A DNA stretch of 64,000 nt from Azolla caroliniana (taxonomy: Eukaryota > Plantae > Polypodiophyta), in NCBI GenBank assembly GCA_043228905.1, contig JBHGNT010000009.1:16864001-16928000 (forward strand). The letters are read 5' to 3'. Below the pieces are notes generated by a model. That model had not been told where the DNA came from. It saw only the letters and a program-made list of their open reading frames with translations, and made no database searches. The translations under genes were made by a program, and so were the position numbers. Below are positions 12,051 to 24,706 of this stretch, one piece after another. Numbering within the stretch: the stretch's first letter is position 1; each line of letters begins with the position of its first letter.

Positions 12051-15000
12051 TGTTGAGAGACAAGCTCAACATCGGCCGGATCGGTTGAAGAAGCCGAGGA
12101 CCAGATCGGTTAGGCCGAGTGCATAAACCGGGAGGCCGTTAGGAAAGATATTCCGTGAGGAATATATTTGGGAGTTAGTGTAGGAGCTCTTGATGAGCAT
12201 TGAAGTACTGTCAGTACTTCGGTCAGTCCTTCTAGGACTTGTATAAAAGTGCTCACTGAGCACGTCTTATGTACAGATTGAGTATTATTGTTGAATATAG
12301 TTTTTTGTGTTTCTCTCTCTGTCTCTCCCGAGTATACTGCGTAAGCTCAAGCTCTCCATTGAACCTGAGTTTCCTTCCTTCTGTTCGGTCTTCATACTTG
12401 CTTCCGCACGTTACTTTCTACATGGTATCAGAGCGCGAGGGTTGAGAACCTCTCTGCAGCCGACACAACTTGACGAAGAAGAACAAGAAGAACGATGGAT
12501 AGAGGCATGGCGAGCTCGCTTCCAACAGAGAAGCTCGACAGAACCAACTACGCGTCTTGGTCCTACAAGATGCACCAGTACCTGCTCGGGCACGGCTACT
12601 GGAGTTATGTCGAAGGAGCTAATGACGCGGCACCCGAATCGACACACAGAGACTTTCCGTCGTGGGAGCAATCGGCGAGCAGGGTATTATACTGCTTCGC
12701 GTCGTGTGTGGGCGAACAACTATTGAGCTATGTTCGGGATGCAAAGACGCTGAAGGGTGCGTAGGAAAATCTGAAGAAGATCTTCGCCGCGAGCACCACA
12801 ACCAGGAAGCTTCAGCTCCGACAGGAGTTGAGCAACCTACGACAACGCGACTTGTCGGTGGCGGACTATACCTCGAAGATCAAGGATATCTGTGACTCCC
12901 TCGCCTCCATAGAGGTGAACATCGAGGAGAGCGAGATGGTCCAGATCTGTCTCGGAGGTTTGGCGTCGAAGTTCGGAGCGTTCCGAACGACTGTGTGTAC
13001 CCGGGAGAATACGCCGTCCTTTTTCGACTTACAGACGATACTCCTGGTAGAGGAGAACCATGCGGGTGCATCTACAAGCACGCACACCGACAACAAAATG
13101 CTGTACACGGAGGGAGATAGGCCCCGTGGACGTGGAGGAAGAGGCGAGTCGGCACGCAATGTAGGCGGCCGACGAGATCAAGAAAGAAGGCACCGAAGTG
13201 ATGCCGACAGCAACTCCGGACCCTCCGGAAACAGGGGGAGTCGAAGCGATGAGAACCGGCAAGGGAAGTCCATCGCGGAGTGCTGGTACTGTGGCAAGAA
13301 AGGCCACAAGGAAAGTGAGTGCTGGAAGAAGCGCGCCGATTCAGAGAGAATTGGTTCCGGGAACGGCTCCAGACATACCGACAAGGGAAATCGGCAGCGA
13401 TCGCACTATGCCGAAGACTCCGGGAGAGCCGGAGAAGGGACTGCCTTCGTGACGAGACACGAAGCAAACTCAATGTAGCAGACCACCCTGAGATCGGACG
13501 AGGTGTGGTACATAGACTCCGGCGCGTCAAACCACATGACAAGCCATAAGGAGTGGTTCTCGTACCTTGAAAAACCGATACAACCTGGAGTAGTCGCAAC
13601 AGGAGACGACACTCCGCATCCGATCGCGAATGTCGGAGAAGTTCCCCTTAGCCATGTCGGGCAGAAAGGGAAACTCATGAACGTGCTGCACGTTCCGACA
13701 ATCACGAAAAACTTGGTCTCGGTCGGACAGATCGTCGACCAAGGGATGGAGGTTCGGTTTACACACCTCGGGTGCTTCATTGAGGAAGAAGGCCGTGTGA
13801 TTGCACAAGGGCGCAAAGATGGGAGGATGTTCATCCTCGACTCCACTGACGGCGGCACCGCAATGTTCGTGAAGGGACAAAAGACCGAGTCGGACATCGA
13901 CTTGTGGCACAAGCGGATAGGCCACGTCAACCACCAACGGCTTCAAGATCTGTAATCGAAATAGGTAGTGTTCGGATTGCCCAAATTTAGTGGCCGAAAG
14001 GCACAAATTTGTGAAGCTTGCCAGCTCGGGAAGCAACACCGACTTCCCTTCCCCAACGAGCGAAACCGGAGCCGGAACAAACTCGACCTTATACACTCTG
14101 ATGTGTGGGGGCTGGCACAAAACGTTAGTCTTGGCGGGAGCCGATATTTCGTCTCCTTCATCGACGACCACACGCGGCACACGTGGATCTACCTCATTGA
14201 GAGGAAGAGCGAAGTCTTCAACTGTTTCCGGGACCTCAAAGGGTTCGTGGAAACCGAAACGGGACGAAAGATCAAGTGCCTGCGGTCGGATGGCGGGAAA
14301 GAATACTTTTCCGGTCAATTCAACGGTTACCTACAACAAATGGGAATTCGCCGCGAATTCAGTTGTAGATACACGCCGAAGCAGAACGGCGTGGCCGAGA
14401 GAAAGAATCGGTCGATTGTGGAAGCGGCACGGGCAATGCTGGAGGAGAAGAGCTTGCCCAAGTTCTACTGGGCCGAGGCGGTAAGGACCGCGGTATACAT
14501 CCAAAACCGGATTGGAGACAAAGTGTCGGCGCACGAGCTATATTTCGGAACGAAGCCGAACTTGCGACACTTGAGGGTGTTCGGTAGCATTGCGTATGTG
14601 CATGTACCGAAGGAGAAAAGGAGGAAGCTGGACGCAAAGGCCGAGAAGTGCATCTTGGTCGGTTACTCGGACGAGCAGAAGGGTTATAAGTGCTATAACC
14701 CTTGCACCAAACAAGCGCGTGTCAGCCGCGACGTTGTGTTTGACGAGTCCGCGTCCTGGTACCTGCCCCCGACTCCGAACCCTGCCCCCAATCCGAGCTC
14801 TAATGATGAGGTCAGCGAGGCCGAGATGCCTCCGGATGAGCCCGAAATCGAGACCTGCGAAGAGAGTCCAATTTCACTCTGGTTAAGTGGACCGATTGGA
14901 CGACTGGGTCGGTACGACCAGTCCGATGAAGAGCCGGCGAGTAGTGGAGACTCAGCCGTGCATTCCCCGCGCAAGAAGCCGAGGAGACGGATAGGAAAAA

Positions 15001-15487
15001 GGGAAGAAGAAGGTGTCGGATTCCGGCACGGATAGGAACGAGTCAGACCGACGCGAATCCGACTCCGAGGGAACCGGTGACGGGTCTTTAAAGGTGAAGA
15101 CCGCGTCGACCGAGAAGGCCTCGACATCGGCTAATGTGAGATTATGCCGATCTACCCGCCAGAAGAACCCAGTTGTGCGGTTCGGATACAACGAGTACAT
15201 GGCGCATCATTATGCGTACATGATCCGTGTAGCGGAGTTGCGTGAGCCGGAGAGCTACGTAGAAGCGGCTAAAGACGCGAATTGGCGTGCCGCGATGGAG
15301 GAAGAGATGCACGCATTGGCGGAGAATGAGACCTGGGACTTGGTTGACGCACCGAAGGGGGTAAAACCGATCGGGTGTAGGTGGGTGTACAAGGTCAAGT
15401 ACAACACCGATGGCTCGGTCAACCGGTACAAGGCTCGGCTAGTGGCAAAGGGCTACGCGTAGAAACACGGCATCGACTACGATGAGA
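12051..15487 (+). mobile_element. Copia-2, 3'-truncated: 5' LTR 12051-12422, PBS 12423-12434, gag-PR-IN and start of RT
   Basis: TGTTGAG...CTACA then TGGTATCAGAGC; zinc knuckle CWYCGKKGHKESEC; protease WYIDSGASNHM; GAG-pre-integrase LWHKRIGH; integrase IHSDVWG, LRSDGGKEY, QNGVAERKNR; RT stops after [15 protein letters not shown]. Confidence 0.95.
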
Positions 15488-16300
15488 GTCACTGCCTCCA
15501 TAAGCAGCAACCAAGCCAACACGGAGGGGCAAAGAATGAGCCAACCGCCACAAAATGGGCTCTAAATGACCTAAACTAATGTTTGAACACTAACCTAAAC
15601 GAGAAAAGGCATATCGATAGCCAATTCTGCCAGGGACAACTATTTCACCCGCAAACCAATGGCTTAAGCCGCTTAGTCATACCTTCAGCTAGCAACTCGT
15701 CAATCTCCTCTCTATCCGATCCGTCTCGTTTTGTGGATGGAATAGATATAGGATTCTCGGAAATGGGCGAAAGATAAATGGATAAACCCAATTTTCATTT
15801 TTATATTGATTAAAAAGAATATTACCTGGTGGAATTAGAATATCACCCTGTTTGGACATACTGGTTAGTCCTTCTGGAGACACAGGGTGGCCCCTTGAGA
15901 CAATTCAACAAAGGGGTGTTGCGGTGAGATAAACTTAGATTGAACTATTAATGAAACCCTAATCGGTTACTAATCGGCAAGATCATTTGTCACAATACAC
16001 GCGTAAGATGGATTACACTTAGCACAAAACGGTAATTAACACTGATTAAGATACAGAACAACAACACTCTATTAATTATCCGCTAATTCATTACAAATAG
16101 ACCGGGTCCTTTTATAGGTCACCGGCTCTGGGTACAAACTGGTGCCAACCGGCAACCGGCTACGAACCGGTCCGGATCCGGATCGGCATACCGATTTTGA
16201 GTTCGTCCGTTCGCTTCTCAAAATCATAATAATTCTAGATTAATTATCCCTTTCCCATTCTGGACTCTATCTAGCTCTTAAGTCTTTGCCGACCAACACA

Positions 16301-16349
16301 TGGCACGCCCGTGGGACAGTACCTTGTACGTCGAATCCCACGGTTCGCC
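16301..16349 (-). promoter_or_regulatory. tRNA-3'-end-like motif (antisense PBS) in place of the PPT, element A
   Basis: Plus strand TGGCACGCCCGTGGGAC-agtaccttgtacg-TCGAATCCCAC begins 2 nt inside the 3' LTR boundary; no purine tract present. Confidence 0.8.
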
Positions 16350-16351
16350 CT

Positions 16352-17838
16352 TTACTCTTCTTCCAAAATGTCCAGAATGCTTTGGTCCAGGGGTTCTAAA
16401 GGCTCTTCGGGTAGCTGCTCCGTCGTCGGTTGCTGCTCTTGCTCCCGCTGCTGCTGCTGCTCCTCTGGTTGCTCCGGTTCCACTGATTTTTCTGGTCTCT
16501 CCGGTTCTGGTTCTATTGGTTTGGGCTCCTCATGTTGATGGTTTCCCGTGTGCAGGTTTCCATTTTTCAGCTGCTCCCCCAGAGTTATGTTCGGCTGGCT
16601 TTCCCCAGCTTCGGCTCGCGGTTTTTCATCCTTCAATTGTTTGATCAACCTCACGGTTGCCACTTCTTGGCTTCTGTAGTGCATTAGCTGGGTCTAATAG
16701 GTCGTCTGAACTTTGTTCAAAGCTATTGTAGCGCACTCCGTTGCCTCTGAGTGCTGCTAGGTCAGCTCTACCCGTTCTTTCGCCACTTTCGCCATTTGCT
16801 TCGCTGCTTCGGCTCCCTTCGACTGCTCGTCCAATAATGCCGCCGTCATCCGATTAATTTCCTCCCGGAGTTCCCTGCACTTTTCCTGCTGCCGGTCACT
16901 TTCAGTAATCAATTTCTTATGATCAGCATCCAAATGCTTATAATCCCGGTGCAGTCGGTCAAAGTCATCGGTTTTCTGTTTTAGTTTTTGATTGATTAGC
17001 CGGCGAGCACGGTCCTCACGGTCTTTTTGTTGCCGGAACTCCTCTTTGAGGCGCTCAATCTCCACTTTTGTCGTTCGTTGGAGTTTCTCTTTCTCTTGCA
17101 AGAGTTTTCCTTTCTCTTCTTTCAGCCGGTCATACGCATGATGACCTTTTCTCAAGCTTTCCTCTGCTCGGCGGAGGCTGTCGGCCGCCTTCCTTTGTTC
17201 CTCTTCCGCCTCTTTTTTCAATTCTCGCTCCCTGGCTCATAAGGCTTCTTCTGCTGCCAGGTCTTCCCGTAATGTGGCGACCTCTTGTGCTGGCGTTTTA
17301 TTAGTATCCGGACCTGCTTCAGTCACCGGGGTCTTATTGTTATGTAAAGTTACCAGAGCCATCGGTTCCAATTGCCGTGGTTCTTCTATTACCAACTTGG
17401 CCATTTCTATTTTGGCCTTCTCTATGTCTTGCTCCATGCTCTAGATTCTTGACCGGGCCGTCTCTAATTCCTCGGTTGCGGCTAGCAACCGGTCTTCATG
17501 CGCTCTCTCTTCCGCTTCTAATTGGCAGACGACCCTGAGCACTTGTTCTGCTATCCATCGTAGCCATTGACTGCCGGTGCCTTGTTGTCGTGCCAGTTCT
17601 GGTCGTGGGATGGCTTCTTCACTGGCCATGAGCCTATTATGGATGGTTACGTCAAGCGGCCGCTCCGGTTTTGGCTGTTGCTGCTGCGGCGGCAACACCG
17701 GTAATTCAATGACCGGTTCTTGATCCATCGGTACTATCATGTCCTGGACCACTGATTCTGCTATGTCCTGCTGCACCAATTCCTCTGTCACTAATTCTTG
17801 TTGAACCACTTCTGATACCTTCCTTGGTTGCAGCTCCT
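16352..17838 (-). pseudogene. Element A extra 3' ORF remnant (long coiled-coil, Q/E/P-rich tail)
   Basis: GSQWLRWIAEQV..EAEERA, LRKGHHAYDRLKEEK and EPLDQSILDILEE are homologous to element D 53964-55583. Confidence 0.8.
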
Positions 17839-20800
17839 TGTCACGGATCATAAACTCAAGAGACAAGCAAGAAGATAACCAAATGGACAAGAAAGAAGAT
17901 AGTATTAAAGGAAAGACTCCATAACTGGTGTTGTTCACCTTGAATTCCTTCAAGGTGAACTCCTCTATTTATACTACATGGCATGCATACTTGTTGCATG
18001 CATGTAAATCTACAATAGAGCATGTAGGTATGCATGCATGTGCCAAGTGTAAATACTACAAGGGAGCAACTATGCACATGATGCTAGCAAAATAATAAGG
18101 ACCAATTACATACATAACTAGTACTAGATATCTTGGTTAACTCATAATACTAGATTATAACATGGTTGTGTCAAGAGTTCGAATCTTGACATTATCCCCC
18201 CTCTTACGCCGCCTTCCCAAATCGGCTGCTGGTTTGTGGGGATATCGGTGATGAAAATCTTGGACGACCTCTGGGGCATTTTGTAAATTTGCCGATGGTT
18301 CCCATGTGGCCTCAGACATGGGGTAACCCCTCCATAGGACGAGGTATTGCAAGTGTCGACGGTGCCAACGCGAGTCACGGATTTGGTCGACCTCGTATTC
18401 CTCCCCTATCGTCAATTGCACAGGTGGTGGTGGTGGGGCTTGACGTCCTGGGAGTTGTGAAGCATAATGGGGTTCGAGGAGGGAGACATGAAAAACATCG
18501 TGAATCCGGAAGTGGGATGGAAGGGCGAGCCGGAAGGCGACGAGATTGATGCACTCGATGATACGGAATGGTCCCAACTTCTTGTAATCAAGTTTCGCAC
18601 ATGGACGAGTAGTAGAGATGTGTCGACGTAACAACCAGACCATGTCTCCAACGACAAAGTGTGGAGTGGAAGATCGATGGCGATCAGCCTGCTTCTTGTA
18701 TCGTTCACTAGCAAGACTAAGCTCCAAGGATAAATCATGATGTAGTTCTTCCAAAATGCGGGCGCGATCCTCCGCCGAAGGGTTCACGGAAGTGGTAGGA
18801 AGGGAAATGTTGAAGTGAGGATGTAAACCGTAGTTGGCAAAGAAGGGAGTGACGCCAGTCGATGCATGGAGAGAATTATTGTAGGCGAATTCCGCGAGCG
18901 AAAGTAAGTTGAGCCAATCATCTTGTTGGTAACTAACCGAGCACCGAAGATACTGCTCAAGGATTTGGTTGACACGCTCCGTTTGCCCGTCAGTTTGGGG
19001 GTGATAAGCGGAGGACAACTTGACAGAGATGCCTAAAGTTTGTAGCAGGCGCTGCCAGAAGTGAGAGACAAACTGGGGTCCGCGATCCGAGATGACATCA
19101 TCGGGGAGTCCATGCAAGCATACCACATTGTTGAGTAGGAGATGCACCATTCCTTCTCCGGAAATGGTTTTGGAGCATGGAGTGAAGTGAGCCATCTTCG
19201 TAAACCGATCGACAACGACCAACACCGAGTCATAGCTATTGACCAAGGGTAGATCAGTTATCAGGTCCATAGAGATAGAGGCCCGAGGACGACGAGGACA
19301 TGGAAGCGGCTGTAGTAAGCCGTATGGCCGATGATGAATGGCTTTGGAGTGAGCACAAACCTCACAACTCTTTATGTATTCTTTGACCAGCTTCCATGGT
19401 TGTGGCCACCAATACCCCCGAGAGATTAGCTCGAGGGTTTTCGCGGCCCCGAAATGACCTGCAAGTGGGTCATCGTGGCATTCCCGCAACACCCGGGTGC
19501 GACATGGGCCCTCTGGGACGTATAAGAGATGATCTTGGAACAACAAACCCTCTTGTATGGTGAAGGTGTCAAGATCCTTCCTTTTGGTCGCCTTGGAGGG
19601 GTTTTGCAGACTATCTCGAATCTTGTTGGCGAACACATCGGTCTTGGATGCATCAGTGATTTGTTGGAGTAAAGAATCATCCTGCAACATACAAGTGGCA
19701 AAAAGATGCAATTGGTCGGGTTTCAACAAACGTCTAGATTGTTGAGCATAAGCAGCATCCCTAGGGCAGAGTGCAAGGTCAGCTCGGCGAGAAAGGGCAT
19801 CAGCCTTCCCATGTTGGCCACCAGGTCGAAATACGATCTCAAAATCGTAGTCGGCGAGAAATGTCGACCAACGGGCCTACCTTCGATTCAAAGTACGAGT
19901 GGTGGAAAAATAAACTAAATTTTTATGATCAGTCACTACCTGGACACGATGTTGTGCGCCGGCCAAGTAGGGTCGCCATTCTTCAAAGGCAGCAATGATA
20001 GCAGCAAGCTCCTTGTCGTAAATGGGATAATTGATTTCGGATGCCGTAAATTTTCGGGAATAGTAAGCCACTGGGTGCATTAGGTTGTTGTTGTCTGCCT
20101 GGGATAAGATGGCGCCAATGGCAAAGTCAGAGGCATCGGTTTCGACTTGGAAGGGTTTTGTGGGGTCGGCATGTAGCAGCACCGGGGCAGTGATGAATGC
20201 GTGTTTGAGTGAGTCGAACGCATTTTGTGCCTCCGAGGTCCATAAAAATGGAGTGCCTTTATGGGTGAGAACGATAAGAGGTTGTGCTAGGGTGGAAAAC
20301 CCCTTGATGAAGCGACGGTAAAAATTCGCGAAGCCGAGGAAGGATTGCACATCTTTAAGTCGCCTTGGAGTCGCCCACGCCTGAATGACAGAGACCTTCT
20401 TCATATCCATGGTGATGCCAGTGGGCGAGATGATGTAGCCCAGAAATTCGATCGAGGTACGGTCGAACTCGCATTTCTCGCCTTTGGCATAAAGGCCATG
20501 CTCGCGAAGTTTGGCAAGAATTAATCGGACTTGGCGAGTGTGCTCCTCCATGTTTGGCGAGAAAATGAGAATATTATCGAGGTAAATGACAACAAAAAGA
20601 TCAAGATATACCCGGAAAATATCGTTCATCATATGTTGAAAAACTGCGGGAGCGTTAGTAAGACCAAAAGGCATTACCTTGTATTCGAAATGCCCATACT
20701 GTGTTCGAAATGCGGTTTTCCATTCATCCCCCTGCTTGATGCGTACTAGATTGTACGCTCCACGTAGATCAACTTTGGAGAAGACACGCGCAACTCGGAG

Positions 20801-21552
20801 CCGATCAAGGAGTTCGGGGATCAGAGGTAGCGGATAGCGGTTGCGCACAGTGAGTTTGTTGAGACCTCGGTAGTCGACGCATAAGCGTAGAGAGCCGTCC
20901 TTCTTCTTCACAAATAAAATGGGGGCCCCGGCTGGTGACTTAGAAGGTTGAATAAAGCCTTTCTCGAGGTTCTCATCGAGATACACACGAAGGGCCTTCA
21001 ACTCTGGTGCAGACAACGCATATAGAGGACCAAAGGGTGGACACACACCTTCTTGAAGATCAATCGGACAGTCGTAGAGCCGGTGTTCCGGCAAACGATC
21101 AACATTACATTTTTCAAATACGTCGGAGAAGTGTTGGTATTTTTCGGGAATAACATGGAGTGTGTTAGAAATGGCGCCACAAACAAACCCATCTTGGACC
21201 GATGATGGGGTAGTCAATTCGGAGTCGACCGTCTCCGAAGGATGGGAAACTGAATTTACCTTCATACTTTTGCACGAGCATCTTGGCTTGCTAAATGTGA
21301 TCGAGCGGTTGCACCAATCCACTATTGGATTGTGCGCCTCCAACCATGTTAGTCCTAAGACGATCGGATGCCGAGGAGATGCGATGAGGTAAAAGGTGAG
21401 CTCCTCTTGGTGTGAGCCCACCCGAAGCCCTAATGGGGTTGTAGCTTGAGTAATAATAAGGACCAATTACATACATAACTAGTACTAGATATCTTGGTTA
21501 TCTCATAATACTAGATTATAACATGGTCATGTCAAGAGTTCGAATCTTGACA
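17839..21552 (-). mobile_element. Tcn1-like chromovirus Gypsy nested in A; 3' LTR 17839-18191, truncated 5' LTR ~21452-21552, gag deleted
   Basis: LTR TGTCAAG...GTGACA; PPT AAGAGGGGGGATAA; TSD CTCCT/CTCTT; pol with PIVLGLTWL, SPAGAPILFVKKKDGSLRLCVDYRGLN, ETDASD, HPQTDGQTERVNQ and chromodomain EYEVDQIRDSR..QYLVLWRGYP..ATWEP. Confidence 0.92.
18155..21450 (-). pseudogene. Tcn1-like pol (PR-RT-RH-IN-chromodomain), one frame broken by an in-frame stop at ~19877
   Basis: ORFs 19877-21466 and 18155-19729 share a frame; the linker reads RR*ARWSTFLADYDFEIVFRPG..GKADALSRR. Confidence 0.9.
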
Positions 21553-24500
21553 CTCTTTAGGGAGGGGTTCTAGTATAATGTCCTCCATCAGACTTGATTT
21601 CTCCCCTTTGTGGCCCTTGTCACTTGTTTGTCGACGACGTATCAGAGTCTCTTCTTCCTCCAGGGTCTTGCTATTGATTAACGTCGCCAAGGGGTCCTGC
21701 TTCGTTGGAAGGTCACCGGCGTGGTCTTGAGCCCGAACATCATTACCATTGCGACGAAAAATCCCCATTCGGTGACGAACGTCGTCTTGTCTTGGTCGTC
21801 GGGGTGCATCCTTATTTGATTGTAGCCGCGGAAACCGTCTAGGAAGCTATACACTTCATGACCAGCTACCGCGTCCAACACTCCATCCGTAAATGGAAGT
21901 GGAAAGGCGTCAGTCATTGTTGCCGCATTGAGTTTCTGGTAGTCGATGCACACCCAGATCTTACCGTTCTTTTTCGGCACAACGACTATGGGACTTAACC
22001 ATGTAGCTTTTTTCACTGGTCGAATAAAACTGACCTGTAACAACTTGTCAATTTCCTCTTTGACCTTTGCCACATAGTTAAGGTTCATTCGGTAACGCCG
22101 TTGTGCTACCGGTTTGGCATCCTTACCGAGATGTATCTGGTGTTGCTACAACTAAGGATCCTGCCCCCGCATGTCTTCATAGGACCAAGCGAATATGTCC
22201 CGGAATTCCTTTAATAAAGTGATCATCGCCGTCTTGTTGTCCGATGACATTTCCTTAGCAATATGAACCGGTCTTGCGTCGTCCTCGGTTCCTAAGTTCA
22301 CTTCCTCTAATTGGGATGCTTTCACGTGTTGGGATACCGCCATCTCCCTCTCCAGAGCTTCCTGTGCTTGCCGTAATTCTCTGATAGCTTCCCTATCCGG
22401 TTCCTCGCCGGCATCATCCGATTGCGTTATATATGGTGACACTGCTTTTGCCACATCGATTTCAAATAGGGGTACAATTTTTGGGTTTTCTTCTAAGTAT
22501 TGGTCGACCTCTTCGTCAGCAAGCCCCTCGAGCATGTTTACACATTCCGCATATAGCGGTGTCAGCTCCTTGCCGATACTCGATCGAGGGTGGGTAGGTA
22601 CCCTTACTTTAGCCTTTCCTCGCCGGAAGGTAATCATGTTTTTCCGCTAGTTTTGTTTGATGTGCACCGTTTTAAACCATGGGTGGCCCAACAACATTGG
22701 GTAAGCCCCTTGTGCATTGAGCTGGAGAACCACCGCCGAAATGCGGACTGCGTTTCCTCTGATAGTTACGTCTAAATCCCGTATCAAACCGATAGGTCTT
22801 ATCGAACTTGTATCCGCCATCTGGAGCCAAAACGGGAAAGGCTCCCATTCCTGGATTCCTAGGGTATTACAAGTTTGTAGACTAATCACGTTCACATCCG
22901 ATCCTCCGTCCACAATTGTCCCTGGTAGTTCTTGTCCTTTGACGATGGCGGTGATTGCTGGATTGTTCGTGTCAACCATTGCTGACCCTTCTTCCGGATT
23001 TGAGAAGAACGCAGGAGCCGACAACGGATTTGATGAGGTCATTCCTGATTTCAGCCCTTCCGTAAACCGGGGCACTAGTTGTAATAACCGACCCAATGGC
23101 AGCGTAATTTGACATTCTTGTAACGCTTGCCATGTTGGGTTTTCTGGTTGAATTGTATCGGTGGGCACTTCCGGTTTCTCCTTTTGTTGTTCAAGCTTAG
23201 CCACATTCCGCTCATTTGCCTTCTTCTCCCACTTGGTGTCTTGCTTTCGGATTGCCTCCTGTGTTTCCTACTCCGTTGTTTTGTCTTTTGACCTGGCGGT
23301 GATTTGTTGTATGTCGGCGACTTCTGCTACCACCATATTTACTGCTGGTTGTTTCTCGTAACTTTTAACCGGACATTGATTACTGTAATGTCCTTCTTGT
23401 CGGCAATAGTAGCAGTACGCTTTCCGGGTGTTGCTAGATTCAGTGTTCGCTCTGGTACCCTGTTGAGGTTCTATTGGCGGTTGGTTAGGTGCGTGGCCTT
23501 GGTCCAGTTGGGTACTTGGTGTGCCCTTGTCCGGCTGCCATTGGTGGTCCTCTCTAGCGTTCCGTTCTTTGTTGAAGCGTTTTTTGTTCCGATAACCCTG
23601 TCGGGGCTGGTTTTCATAATTGCCTTGATCTTCCCTCTGTTGGTTGTAACTGGGGGAGTGATCCCTGTTGTATCGCTCATATCGATCACCGTTGTCATCC
23701 TGGTAGCTATCCTGCCGGTCTCGGTTGTGAGCGTCTCTTCTGTCGCTGTACTGAACATCTTGCGCCAGCCGGTAATGCTCATCCCGCCGCCAACGTTCTT
23801 CTTCCTCCTCCCGGTTACTCTAGGGATAAATTTGCCTTACCGGTGCCGCTTGCCAATTCAGCAAGTTATATTCACATTGGTCCATTGTGTGCGACCTGGA
23901 ATGGCATAACATGCACTGTGTCCGCATGGTACATTGAGACAAGTCCTACATTGTATAGTTTGCTGAAAACGTAGGTCGTCTTCTGTCGGTAATGTACGCT
24001 GGAGTGCCCCCATTGTTAGCCACGAGCTTGTTTTCTCCATCTCCCTAAATCACCTTCCCCTGTCGCTAATGCCTGTAGAATGGATTCTGCGTCCTGGAGA
24101 CTGCTCAAGCTGCTTCCTTTGTCTGGGTGGGAATTCTGCTGCATGCGGAGTGACTCCGTGACCACTTGTCGGATTACTTTGGAAAATGATTGATCCGCAC
24201 AGATCTCTTCTGCGGCCTGTTAGAAAGCCTCTCGCTTCCGCAATCGTTCGGCAAGTCTTCTTGCTCGTTCCGTAACCGGGTCGTTCGTTGGTCTAGTCAT
24301 CCATTCCCGCCGTTGTTCCTTGCGTTTGTGCAGGAATCGTGGTCGCCAAAAATTGTGTTATCCCTAGGGCTCGGACAATGCCCTAACACAGGGTGTCCCC
24401 TTGAGACAGTTCACCAAAGGGGTGTTGCATTGAGATAAACTTGAACCGAACTATTAATGAAACCCTAATCGGTTACTAATCGACAAGATCATTAGTCACA

Positions 24501-24706
24501 ATACACGCGTAAGATGGATTACACTTAGCACAAAACGGTAATTAACACTGATTAAGATACATAACAACAACACTCTATTAATTATCCGCTAATTCATTAC
24601 AAATAGACTGGGTCCTTTTATAGGTCACCGGCTCTGGGTACAAATCGGTGCCAATCGGCAACCGACTACGAACCGGTCTGGATCCGGATCGGCATACCGA
24701 TTCTGG

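Noticed and set aside
16300-16644. Recurring small ORFs starting MARPWDSTLYVE (also at 27444, 29657, 55636) as a novel peptide family
   Set aside because: They are antisense readings of the conserved tRNA-like motif; the sequences diverge after it and overlap the extra ORF on the other strand.
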